Shown here one piece after another: positions 8,232 to 16,227 of a stretch of DNA of 43,362 bases. Both the position numbers and the translations under genes were made by a program. This DNA is from Acetobacteraceae bacterium (GTDB taxonomy: Bacteria > Pseudomonadota > Alphaproteobacteria > Acetobacterales > Acetobacteraceae): NCBI GenBank assembly GCA_035252035.1, contig DATFDN010000076.1:1-43362 (forward strand), given 5' to 3'. Below the pieces are notes generated by a model, which saw nothing but the letters and a program-made list of their open reading frames with translations, was not told the origin of the DNA and made no database searches. Each line of letters begins with the position of its first letter. The first letter of the stretch is position 1.

Positions 8232-9039
8232 GGTTGGCCTCTCCCGTACCGAACTCTTCGCTGGCCTTTGCATCCTGGGCTTCGTGAACGGGATCACCGG
8301 CCGCGCACATAATGCCATCGTCAATCATGGGCCGACGGCGGCGCTCCTCGACACGTTTGGAATCAGCGCCATCGTCTGGGTCGCCTTCTTCGCCTGCCCC
8401 GCCTTGCTGCTCCGTGCCCCGAGAGAGAGGCTTCGCCGCGCCGATCTGATCGTGGCGGCGTGCGCCCTCGCGGCCTTCATGCTGCCCATCACCCCCTTGA
8501 GCTGGATCGCCCTTACCGGCCTCGCGCTGTACCTCCTTCGCGACCGGCAGCCGCGTTCCGAGGCGCATTGCGGCGCCTGGATTCTCCTCGCCATCACTGG
8601 CGCAATGTTCTGGGGGCGCTTGTTGATGCTGACCTTCAACGGCCCGATCCTGGCGGCCGATGCCCTCCTGGCGTCCTGGTTCGCCGGGACGGATCACGCG
8701 GGCAACACGGTCCGCTTCGCCGACGGCGAGGGCTATGTCTGGATCGCGCCACCCTGCTCCTCGCTCGCCAACGCCTCGCTCGCGGTCCTCTGCTGGGTTC
8801 TGTTCATGCAATTTCGCGGCCTCAAATGGTCGCTTGGGAACGTCGGCTGGTGCCTGCTCGCCTGCGTCGCCGTCACCGCCATCAACGTCACGCGCATCGG
8901 GCTGATGGTCCTGCACCGCGACGCATTCGACGTGATCCATGGTCCCCTGGGCGCCGCCGTGGCGAGTTGGTTGAGCATGGGCGTCATGCTAGGAATCGGC
9001 ATGGTGGGAACACGACGTGGCCGCCTCGCTCACGTTTAG
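8206..9039 (+). CDS. exosortase/archaeosortase-family-like polytopic membrane protein
   Basis: About 8 hydrophobic segments. Ordered candidate triad: Cys in 'VWIAPPCSSLANASL' (codon at 8755), Arg in 'AINVTRIGLMV' (8893), His in 'DVIHGPLG' (8938). This echoes the Cys/Arg/His signature I recall for exosortases. C-ending codon bias is strong. The start is either the ATG at 8206 or the GTG at 8221, and both overlap the upstream mini-gene. Confidence 0.6.
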   Translation: MRRRFVTTKVGLSRTELFAGLCILGFVNGITGRAHNAIVNHGPTAALLDTFGISAIVWVAFFACPALLLRAPRERLRRADLIVAACALAAFMLPITPLSWIALTGLALYLLRDRQPRSEAHCGAWILLAITGAMFWGRLLMLTFNGPILAADALLASWFAGTDHAGNTVRFADGEGYVWIAPPCSSLANASLAVLCWVLFMQFRGLKWSLGNVGWCLLACVAVTAINVTRIGLMVLHRDAFDVIHGPLGAAVASWLSMGVMLGIGMVGTRRGRLAHV

Positions 9040-9517
9040 GAGCCTCGTCGCGCTTCTGCTCGTCGTGAGCGTCGGCATCAAGCTCACTATCAGGAGCCAG
9101 CCATCACACGGCGCGGTGCCGGCCACCGAAAGCCCCGCGACCGGCGCGGTCGCCGCCTTTCTCGATCGCCACGGATTTCGGGTGAATGAGGCTGACTCCC
9201 GGCCCGAGTCCCCAGTCGTGTTCGCCGACGCGGGCACTTGCCGCCTGCTGGCGGTCTTGGCCGCGCCGGAGGGATGGCACCGGGAGCTTGTCCGCCGCTT
9301 GGCATCCCCCGACGATCAGGTCTTCTTCGTGTTCGACGGCACGGTGTATCCCAACCAGCCGGTATGGCGCACCTGGATACACCATATCTGGGGCGAGTTG
9401 AATCGTTATATCGGACTCACGCCCTCCAGCCGGCCGGTCGTGGGAGTCATCGCGTCTCCAAGCTGCGATCTGCGGAACATGCCGTGGCGGGAGCTTGCGG
9501 CGCCCTTGCCGCGCTAG
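9017..9517 (+). CDS. membrane-anchored hypothetical protein (third gene of the cassette)
   Basis: 166 aa. The GTG start overlaps the previous gene by 23 nt. It has an N-terminal TM 'LVALLLVVSVGIKL' followed by a soluble domain. Third-position GC bias is good. I recognise no family. Confidence 0.5.
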   Translation: MAASLTFRSLVALLLVVSVGIKLTIRSQPSHGAVPATESPATGAVAAFLDRHGFRVNEADSRPESPVVFADAGTCRLLAVLAAPEGWHRELVRRLASPDDQVFFVFDGTVYPNQPVWRTWIHHIWGELNRYIGLTPSSRPVVGVIASPSCDLRNMPWRELAAPLPR

Positions 9518-9566
9518 AACGTTTTCGGATCACATTAAAGCGTTCGAATTCTGCTTGCGCCCGTCA

Positions 9567-9592
9567 CACCTCTCCCGCCTGCGGGAGAGGTG
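9567..9592. repeat. GC-rich hairpin (REP-like, possible terminator) between convergent genes
   Basis: 'cacctctcccgc'-ct-'gcgggagaggtg' is a perfect 12-nt inverted repeat, flanked by the outer pair ctgctt/aagcag. A related half-motif 'gcccgcaaggggaggggtc' lies at 9666-9684. Confidence 0.6.
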
Positions 9593-9701
9593 AAGCAGCA
9601 GTTCGCCGTACATCACCTCTACTCCCTGGTCCGGCAAATCGTTCCGCACATGTGAGGCCGCCGTAGCCCGCAAGGGGAGGGGTCGAAACTACAATCGCGG
9701 A

Positions 9702-11012
9702 TCAGTACCGGTACAGCTCGTGCTTGAACGGCCCGCTCGGCGGCACCCCGATATACTCGGCCTGCTTCGGCGTCAGCTTGGTCAGCTTCGCGCCCACCTT
9801 GGCCAGATGCAGCGCCGCCACCTTCTCATCCAGCGCCTTCGGCAGCGTGTACACCTTGCGCTGATAGGTGCCGGCCGGCGCGGTGAACAGCTCGATCTGC
9901 GCCAACACCTGATTGGTGAAGGAGGCGCTCATCACGAAGCTCGGATGACCGGTGGCGTTGCCGAGATTCACCAGCCGCCCCTCCGACAGCACGATCAGCC
10001 GCTTGCCGTCCGGGAACACCACCTCGTCCACCTGCGGCTTCACGTTCTCCCAGCGATAGTTGCGCAAGGACTCGATCTGGATCTCGGAATCGAAATGACC
10101 GATGTTGCAAACGATGGCGCGGTGCTTCATGCGCCGCATGTGGTCGAGGGTGATGACATCGACATTGCCCGTGGCGGTCACGAAGATGTCGCCCGCCGGC
10201 GCGGCGTCGTCCATGGTGACGACCTCGTAGCCCTCCATCGCCGCTTGCAACGCGCAGATCGGGTCGATCTCCGTCACCATCACCCGGCACCCGGCGTTGC
10301 GCAAGGACGCGGCCGAGCCCTTGCCCACGTCGCCGAAGCCGTTCACCACGGCGACCTTGCCCGCCATCATCACGTCGGTGCCGCGCCGGATGCCGTCCAC
10401 CAGCGACTCCCGGCAGCCATAGAGGTTGTCGAATTTCGACTTGGTGACGCTGTCATTCACGTTGATCGCCGGCACCAGCAGCGTCCCGTCCCGCTCCATG
10501 TCGCGCAGCCGATGCACTCCGGTCGTGGTCTCTTCCGAGAGGCCGCGCACATCGGCCAGCATCTCCGGATACTTGTCGTGCATCAGCTTGGTGAGATCCC
10601 CGCCGTCATCGAGGATCAGGTTCGGCGTCCAGCCATCCGGGCCGCGCACCGTCTGCTCGATGCACCACCAGAATTCCTCCTCGCTCATCCCCTTCCAGGC
10701 AAAGACCGGGATGCCGGCGGCGGCCACGGCGGCGGCGGCGTGGTCCTGGGTGGAGAAGATGTTGCACGAGGACCAGCGCACGATCGCGCCCAGCGCCGTC
10801 AGCGTCTCGATCAGCACCGCCGTCTGCACCGTCATGTGCAGGCAGCCGGCGATCCGCGCGCCCTTGAGTGGCTTGGAGGCCCCGTACTCGGCCCGCAGCG
10901 CCATCAGGCCGGGCATCTCGTCCTCGGCCATAGAGACTTCCTTGCGGCCCCATGCGGCGAGCGAGATGTCCTTCACCTTGTAGTCCTCAGTCGGGGTCCG
11001 GCCGGCCATCAC
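9702..11012 (-). CDS. ahcY: adenosylhomocysteinase
   Basis: 436 aa. '[28 protein letters not shown]', '[21 protein letters not shown]', '[11 protein letters not shown]' and the C-terminal 'GPFK...YRY' are classic SAH hydrolase motifs. Confidence 0.95.
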   Translation of the reverse strand: MMAGRTPTEDYKVKDISLAAWGRKEVSMAEDEMPGLMALRAEYGASKPLKGARIAGCLHMTVQTAVLIETLTALGAIVRWSSCNIFSTQDHAAAAVAAAGIPVFAWKGMSEEEFWWCIEQTVRGPDGWTPNLILDDGGDLTKLMHDKYPEMLADVRGLSEETTTGVHRLRDMERDGTLLVPAINVNDSVTKSKFDNLYGCRESLVDGIRRGTDVMMAGKVAVVNGFGDVGKGSAASLRNAGCRVMVTEIDPICALQAAMEGYEVVTMDDAAPAGDIFVTATGNVDVITLDHMRRMKHRAIVCNIGHFDSEIQIESLRNYRWENVKPQVDEVVFPDGKRLIVLSEGRLVNLGNATGHPSFVMSASFTNQVLAQIELFTAPAGTYQRKVYTLPKALDEKVAALHLAKVGAKLTKLTPKQAEYIGVPPSGPFKHELYRY

Positions 11013-11150
11013 GCGCTCCTGAGTGGGTCGCGGACCCTATAGATAGGCCAGAGGCCGTGCGCAATGGCACGCAACCCTGATCGGCGCCCGCGCTTGCCTT
11101 GGCGGCCGGTCATCGCAGATCCAGTCGGTGCCGGAAGGAGCGGCCTTGCC

Positions 11151-12407
11151 ATGACAATCTATACGGGTCCGGTGTTCGAGATGGCCCGCACCCAGTTCCA
11201 TGTGATCGCCGACTACCTCGAAATCCCCTTCGACGAGCGTGATCGTCTGCTGTTCCCGAAGCGCGCGATCACCGTGGCCTGCCCGGTCCATCGCGACGAC
11301 GGGAGGCTGGCCGTGTTCCACGGCTTCCGCGTGCAGCACCACCTCACCCTCGGTCCCACCAAGGGCGGAACCCGCTATTCCTCCAAGCTCGACCTTGGCG
11401 AGGTGGCGGCTCTGGCGATCTGGATGAGCTGGAAATGCGCGCTTGCCGGCCTGCCCTACGGCGGGGCGAAGGGCGGCATCACCGTCGATCCCTACGCGCT
11501 CAGCCGCCGCGAGTTGGAGTCGCTCTCCCGCCGCTACATGCAGGAGATGATCCCCTTCGTCGGGCCGCACACCGACGTGATGGCGCCCGACATGGGCACC
11601 AACGAGCAGGTGATGGCCTGGTTCATGGACACCTACTCCATGTACCAGGGCAAGACCGTGACCGAGATCGTCACCGGCAAGCCGGTCGCCTGCGGCGGAA
11701 CATTGGGGCGGCGGGACGCCACTGGGCGTGGCGTCGCGCACCTGGTGGATTGCGCGCTCGCGCGGATCGGAATGGCCGCGATGGGCGCCACCGCGATCGT
11801 GCAGGGATTCGGCAACGTTGGCAGCGTCGCCGCCCAGGCGCTCGCCGAGCGGGGGGTGAAGGTGATCGGCGTCGCCGATCACGTCGCCTGCTATTTCGAC
11901 CGGAAGGGGCTGGACGTCTCCGCGCTGGTGCGCCACACGGTCGCCAAAGGCAACCTTGGCGGGTTCTCCAACGAGCTTGCCGCCGATCCGGCCGAGCTGC
12001 TGGTCCAGCCCTGCGACATCCTGGTACCGGCGGCGGTCGAGCGCGTCATCGATGCCCCCACCGCCGCCCGGCTGCGCTGCCGCGTGCTGGCCGAGGGCGC
12101 GAACGGACCGACCACGCCGGAGGCCGACGCGGTGCTGGCGCAGCGGCCGGAGATCTTCGTGATCCCCGACATACTCTGCAACGCCGGCGGCGTGGTGGTC
12201 AGCTACTTCGAGTGGGTGCAGGACTTGCAGCAATTCTTCTGGGACGAGCCGGAAGTCATGAACCGGCTCTACCACGTCCTCGACCGCGCCTTCGCGGAGG
12301 TCATGGCCCGTGTCGAGCGTGACAAGGTTACGCATCGCACGGCGGCCATGGCGATTGGCGTGCATAAAGTGCGCAACGCCAAGCAGGTGCGCGGACTTTT
12401 CCCGTGA
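11151..12407 (+). CDS. gdhA: Glu/Leu/Phe/Val-family (glutamate) dehydrogenase
   Basis: From the ATG at 11151 (SD 'ggaaggag'): 'GPTKGGTRY', 'MSWKCALAGLPYGGAKGG', 'GPHTDVMAPDMGT' and 'VQGFGNVGS' (Rossmann). The track ORF start at 11064 lacks an SD. Confidence 0.9.
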   Translation: MTIYTGPVFEMARTQFHVIADYLEIPFDERDRLLFPKRAITVACPVHRDDGRLAVFHGFRVQHHLTLGPTKGGTRYSSKLDLGEVAALAIWMSWKCALAGLPYGGAKGGITVDPYALSRRELESLSRRYMQEMIPFVGPHTDVMAPDMGTNEQVMAWFMDTYSMYQGKTVTEIVTGKPVACGGTLGRRDATGRGVAHLVDCALARIGMAAMGATAIVQGFGNVGSVAAQALAERGVKVIGVADHVACYFDRKGLDVSALVRHTVAKGNLGGFSNELAADPAELLVQPCDILVPAAVERVIDAPTAARLRCRVLAEGANGPTTPEADAVLAQRPEIFVIPDILCNAGGVVVSYFEWVQDLQQFFWDEPEVMNRLYHVLDRAFAEVMARVERDKVTHRTAAMAIGVHKVRNAKQVRGLFP

Positions 12408-12472
12408 TATAAGGAACAGAGGCGCCGCCCGCGCGTTGCCTCGGGATCGGCGCCAACGAGGAGGAGAGCGCC

Positions 12473-12688
12473 ATGTCTGCGGATCGACCAGGCTCACCCG
12501 CTACATCGGAGGCATCGAAAGCGGCGCGGCTGCGTCGCGAGATCGATGCCGGCCGGACCGGCGACAAAGTCGGTGCGCCGGACCCCGCGGCCTCGCCGCT
12601 GGGCACCGATGCCGAGGCTGGCGCGGGGCATGACGAGGAGGGGCTCAGGATCGCTCGCCAGGCGCACCGGCCCGCGCGCTCCAAGTAA
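12473..12688 (+). CDS. small conserved-looking hypothetical protein (71 aa)
   Basis: A strong SD 'aggaggag' lies 5-6 nt upstream of the ATG. 'GRTGDKVGAPDPAASPLGTDAEAGA' resembles a small alphaproteobacterial protein family I recall only vaguely. Confidence 0.5.
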   Translation: MSADRPGSPATSEASKAARLRREIDAGRTGDKVGAPDPAASPLGTDAEAGAGHDEEGLRIARQAHRPARSK

Positions 12689-12764
12689 CCGGCCGGGCTG
12701 GCCGCCCTTGCCGGTGCTTGCCTCTGGTGCCTAGAACCGGCTCCTCGCATCCAGTGAGGCAGCC

Positions 12765-13115
12765 ATGAGCAAGATCATCCGTACCGAGCCCAACAAGATC
12801 CTCGCGAAGGCCGTCGAGTACCACGGCTTTGTCTATCTGCCGGGAGTGACGGCGCGCGACAACGGGGGCGATGTCAAGCGCCAGACCGCCGATGTCCTGG
12901 AGCAGATCGACCAGCTCCTAGAGACTCACGGCACCGACAAGACCCGCCTGTTGCAGGCGCAGATCTGGGTCAAGGACATCCGCGACCGCGAAGCCATGAA
13001 CGAGGTATGGGCCGCCTGGCTTCCGCCCAACGGAGCGCCGGTGCGCGCCTGTGTTCAGGCCCATCTCGCTGACCCACGCCTATTGGTCGAGATCATGGTG
13101 ACGGCCTGCAAGTAA
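12765..13115 (+). CDS. RidA/YjgF/L-PSP family protein
   Basis: 116 aa. 'AVEYHGFVYLPGV', 'QTADVLEQIDQLLE..G', 'AMNEVWAAWL' and 'RACVQA.L......VEIMVTA' are typical of RidA-family proteins. Confidence 0.8.
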   Translation: MSKIIRTEPNKILAKAVEYHGFVYLPGVTARDNGGDVKRQTADVLEQIDQLLETHGTDKTRLLQAQIWVKDIRDREAMNEVWAAWLPPNGAPVRACVQAHLADPRLLVEIMVTACK

Positions 13116-13322
13116 AACGGGTGGCGCAGCGGGCAAACCCGTCCCGCCGCTTTTCGGCTCCCAGGATAGGATCATTTTCTGGCCAATTGATCTTATCCAC
13201 AGGCCCCTTTCGAGAAACTGCAATGCTCTAGCGGTCAAACTTCATATCGCGGGTTGCCCGTCCGCGAGGCGGGGCGTACCGCCAGCAACTAACAAGCGAA
13301 TCGCACCAGGGGGAGCTGGCGG

Positions 13323-14096
13323 ATGGGCGTACGGGCAACCGGCGGCACGCTATTGTGTGTATTATATTCCGCGATGTTCGGCCTGGCCGTCGGGCCGGCC
13401 CTGGCCGATACCGAAGCGCAGCGCCGCCCGCCCTCTGTTTTCTATGGTCCGAACACCTTCAGACTATCGCACCTGGATGAGTTTACCATACCAGCGCGCC
13501 CGATGCGCCAGGCGCGCTATCGCAGCAACACGCGCTACGCCACAATCTCCTGCGTCCCCTATGTCCGGAGTCACTCCGCTGTGAAGGTGGCGGGCAATGC
13601 CTGGCAATGGTGGGCGAACGCGGCCGGCAGCTACGCGCGCGGCAATGTTCCCGAGATGGGCAGCGTGCTGGTGTTCCAGTCCAATCGTCAAATGCACCTG
13701 GGCCACGTCGCGGTAGTCAGCCACGTGCGCAATCCGAGGATGATCGAGATTGATCAATCCAACTGGCCGACCGGCCAGGGCGTCACCCGTCATGTGCCGG
13801 TGGTGGACGTTTCGGAGCGAAACGACTGGACGGCGGTGCGCGTCGCGCTAAGGCAGAGCGGCAAGTTCGGCAGCATCTATCCGACCTACGGCTTCATCTA
13901 CGCCCGCCCCGACACCGGACGGATGATCGCGGCCACCCTGAGCCCAGCCCCGACGCCGCCGCTCGATCCCGCTCCGAGCGACTTGCGCAGCCTGGACGGC
14001 GACGAGCAGATAGCCGAAGCACCTGCGCAGCACTCTGCCCGGCCGCGTCATCCCGGAACGTGGGCGAGCGGCGCGCGGCGCGGGAATAGGAGCTGA
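13323..14096 (+). CDS. secreted CHAP-domain peptidoglycan amidase/peptidase
   Basis: N-terminal signal 'LLCVLYSAMFGLAVGPALA'. Catalytic Cys context 'ISCVPYVR', 'GSVLVF' and His context 'GHVAVVSHV' match a CHAP domain. Confidence 0.8.
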   Translation: MGVRATGGTLLCVLYSAMFGLAVGPALADTEAQRRPPSVFYGPNTFRLSHLDEFTIPARPMRQARYRSNTRYATISCVPYVRSHSAVKVAGNAWQWWANAAGSYARGNVPEMGSVLVFQSNRQMHLGHVAVVSHVRNPRMIEIDQSNWPTGQGVTRHVPVVDVSERNDWTAVRVALRQSGKFGSIYPTYGFIYARPDTGRMIAATLSPAPTPPLDPAPSDLRSLDGDEQIAEAPAQHSARPRHPGTWASGARRGNRS

Positions 14097-14114
14097 CGAG
14101 GGGAGACTGGCGAT

Positions 14115-15140
14115 CTAGCCGCCAGTTACGCTCATGTGCCGCGCGACGGCCGGACGATCGTGGCGCCGGTCGATAACGAAATCATGCCCCTTGGGCTTGC
14201 GCGCGATTGCGGCGCGGATTGCGTCCTCCAGTTGCGCGTCGCCGGCCCCGCCACGCAAGACCGCGCGCAGGTCGGCCTGGTCGTCCTGACCCAGGCACAT
14301 GTACAACGTGCCAGTGCAGGTGAGCCGCACCCGATTGCAGCTTTCGCAGAAATTGTGGGTCATGGGCGTGATGAAGCCGATGCGCCGCCCGGTTTCCGCC
14401 ACGTCGAAATAGCGCGCCGGACCGCCAGTGCGATATCCGGTCTCGGTGAGCGTCCAGCGCCGGCGCAGGCGGCCGCGCACGATCGAGAGCGGCAGATACT
14501 GGTCGGTGCGGTCTTCGGTGATCTCGCCCAGCGGCATGGTCTCGATCAGGCAGAGGTCGAAGCCGTGCTGTCCGCACCAGGCGATCAGGGCGTCGAAATC
14601 GTCCTCGTTCACGCCGCGCAGCGCCACGGTGTTGATCTTGATCGCGAGCCCCGCTCGCTTGGCGGCGAAGATGCCTTCGAGCACCTGTTCGATGCGGCCC
14701 CGCCGAGTCATCGCGGCGAAGGTTTCGGGATCGAGTGTGTCGAGCGACACATTCACGCGTCGCATCCCCGCCCGATAAAGGTCGGCGGCATAACGGGCGA
14801 GCTGCGTGCCATTCGTGGTGAGGGTCAGCTCGTCAAGGCCGGAGCCCAAGCGGCGGCCGAGCCGATCTATCAGCGTGAGCACGTCGCGGCGGACCAGCGG
14901 CTCGCCCCCGGTCAGGCGCAGCTTGCGCGTCCCGAGCCGGACGAACGCGGCGCAAATCCGCTCCAGCTCCTCAAGCGTGAGCAGGTCTCGTTTGGGGAGG
15001 AAGGTCATCTCCTCGGCCATGCAATACACGCAGCGGAGGTCGCAGCGATCCGTGACCGAGACGCGCAAATAGCTAATCGCCCGGCCGAACGGGTCGATCA
15101 TGGGAGATGGCTTCAGAGATGCGACTGACATAGCTGGCAT
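14115..15140 (-). CDS. moaA: GTP 3',8-cyclase (molybdenum cofactor biosynthesis protein A)
   Basis: Radical-SAM '[14 protein letters not shown]', '[11 protein letters not shown]', 'LTTNG', 'VNVSLDTLD', 'KINTV' and the C-terminal '[19 protein letters not shown]'. The start is ATG 15140, 15131 or 15101. The track start at 15431 would overlap the upstream gene. Confidence 0.9.
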   Translation of the reverse strand: MPAMSVASLKPSPMIDPFGRAISYLRVSVTDRCDLRCVYCMAEEMTFLPKRDLLTLEELERICAAFVRLGTRKLRLTGGEPLVRRDVLTLIDRLGRRLGSGLDELTLTTNGTQLARYAADLYRAGMRRVNVSLDTLDPETFAAMTRRGRIEQVLEGIFAAKRAGLAIKINTVALRGVNEDDFDALIAWCGQHGFDLCLIETMPLGEITEDRTDQYLPLSIVRGRLRRRWTLTETGYRTGGPARYFDVAETGRRIGFITPMTHNFCESCNRVRLTCTGTLYMCLGQDDQADLRAVLRGGAGDAQLEDAIRAAIARKPKGHDFVIDRRHDRPAVARHMSVTGG

Positions 15141-15193
15141 AAGCAAGAAGTGCGCCACTCTGCCACCCGGATCAAGCCCCTCCGGGCGGACCT

Positions 15194-15382
15194 TCAATCC
15201 GGCGTGTCGAGCACGTCGAGCGCGACATGCGCGGTGTTGATCAGAACCTTCCCAGCATTCTCGAAATTGACCGTAACCCGCTCCCCAATGACGGATTGGA
15301 CCTGACCGAGCCCCCACTCCGGCCGAGTAGGGTGCCTCACCCATTGTCCAGGTTCGATCGTCGAGGCAGGAGGTGGCGTCAC
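15194..15382 (-). CDS. DUF3553-like small protein (62 aa)
   Basis: '[38 protein letters not shown]' resembles the SH3-like small alphaproteobacterial family I recall as DUF3553. It lies directly upstream of moaA on the same strand. Confidence 0.6.
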   Translation of the reverse strand: MTPPPASTIEPGQWVRHPTRPEWGLGQVQSVIGERVTVNFENAGKVLINTAHVALDVLDTPD

Positions 15383-15507
15383 GAAGCGCCTCCACGTCCG
15401 TCGTAAACCTTACGTATAATTTTATAGACATGTCTCACTTTTTGGTCCACCTCTATCATGCTTGCCGCAAGACTGCCCGCCCGCGGCGGCCATGAGGAAC
15501 CTGGCTG

Positions 15508-16161
15508 ATGGACGATCCCCTGCGTCTTGCCGAGTTGATCGCGGCACGGATCTTCCACGACATCGGCAGCCTTGCCGGCACCCTCGCCGGCACCATCGAA
15601 CTCGCGTTGGAAGAGGCCGGCGCGGCAGGGGAAAGCCTGACCTCCGCGGCCGACCTCGCCGCGGAACTCAGCCGCCGCGTGCGCCTCCTGCGGGCCGCCT
15701 GGGGGCCAACCACGGAGGAGCTGGACATTGCACGCCTGCAAGATCTTGCCCTCGGCACGCCCGGAGCGCACCGAATGCGGCTCGACCTCTCGGGGCTGCC
15801 GCGAGAAAGCCTGTTTTCCCCGGAGTTGAGCCGTGTCCTCGTCAACGTGATTATCCTCGGCGCCGAGGCGCTGCCGCGTGGGGGTACGCTCACATTCTCC
15901 CCAACCAATGAGGCGCGCGTCCGCGCGAGCATTCGCGGCACACGGGCCGCCTGGCCCGCGGCGCTCGCGCCCTCGCTTGTCAGCGAGGCGGCCGCCTTGG
16001 CAGCCCTCGACAACCCGCGCACCGTGCTCGGCCCCTTGGTAGCGCTGATCGCGCACCGGCTTGGCATTCCCCTCGTGCTGGAGCGTGGCACGCACCCATC
16101 AGGCCGCCGAGGACCGCCCGCCCTGCTGATAGGTAGCCCGGCCGCGATGCCAGCCACATAG
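15508..16161 (+). CDS. ChpT-family histidine phosphotransferase paralogue (HPTransfase)
   Basis: 217 aa. 'LAELIAARIFHDIGSLAGTLAGTIELAL' (His17), 'LLRAAWG' and 'SRVLVNVIILGAEALPRGGTL' are collinear with Caulobacter ChpT 'LAARLCHDFISPASAIVSGLDLL', 'LLQFTRVAFG' and 'SRAVLNIAQIAASALPAGG' as I recall it. Confidence 0.7.
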   Translation: MDDPLRLAELIAARIFHDIGSLAGTLAGTIELALEEAGAAGESLTSAADLAAELSRRVRLLRAAWGPTTEELDIARLQDLALGTPGAHRMRLDLSGLPRESLFSPELSRVLVNVIILGAEALPRGGTLTFSPTNEARVRASIRGTRAAWPAALAPSLVSEAAALAALDNPRTVLGPLVALIAHRLGIPLVLERGTHPSGRRGPPALLIGSPAAMPAT

Positions 16162-16227
16162 CTTAACAGTTTCTTCTTCCATTCGGGCCAGTATCGGTCG
16201 CGCATCGATCCTGGGTCCGCAGACGAA

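Noticed and set aside
11013-11150. Possible SAH riboswitch in the ahcY 5' leader
   Set aside because: The transcribed strand has 'ctcaggagcgc' and a small gggtc-cgc-gaccc hairpin. The order and spacing do not fit the SAH-riboswitch core as I recall it (GAGGAGCGCUGC...AGGCUC...pseudoknot). The 138-nt gap must also hold two divergent promoters. A cmsearch with RF01057 would settle it.
15141-15193. Moco riboswitch upstream of moaA
   Set aside because: Only 53 nt separate moaA from the co-directional DUF3553 gene. That is too short for the ~130-nt Moco motif, and no matching structure was seen.
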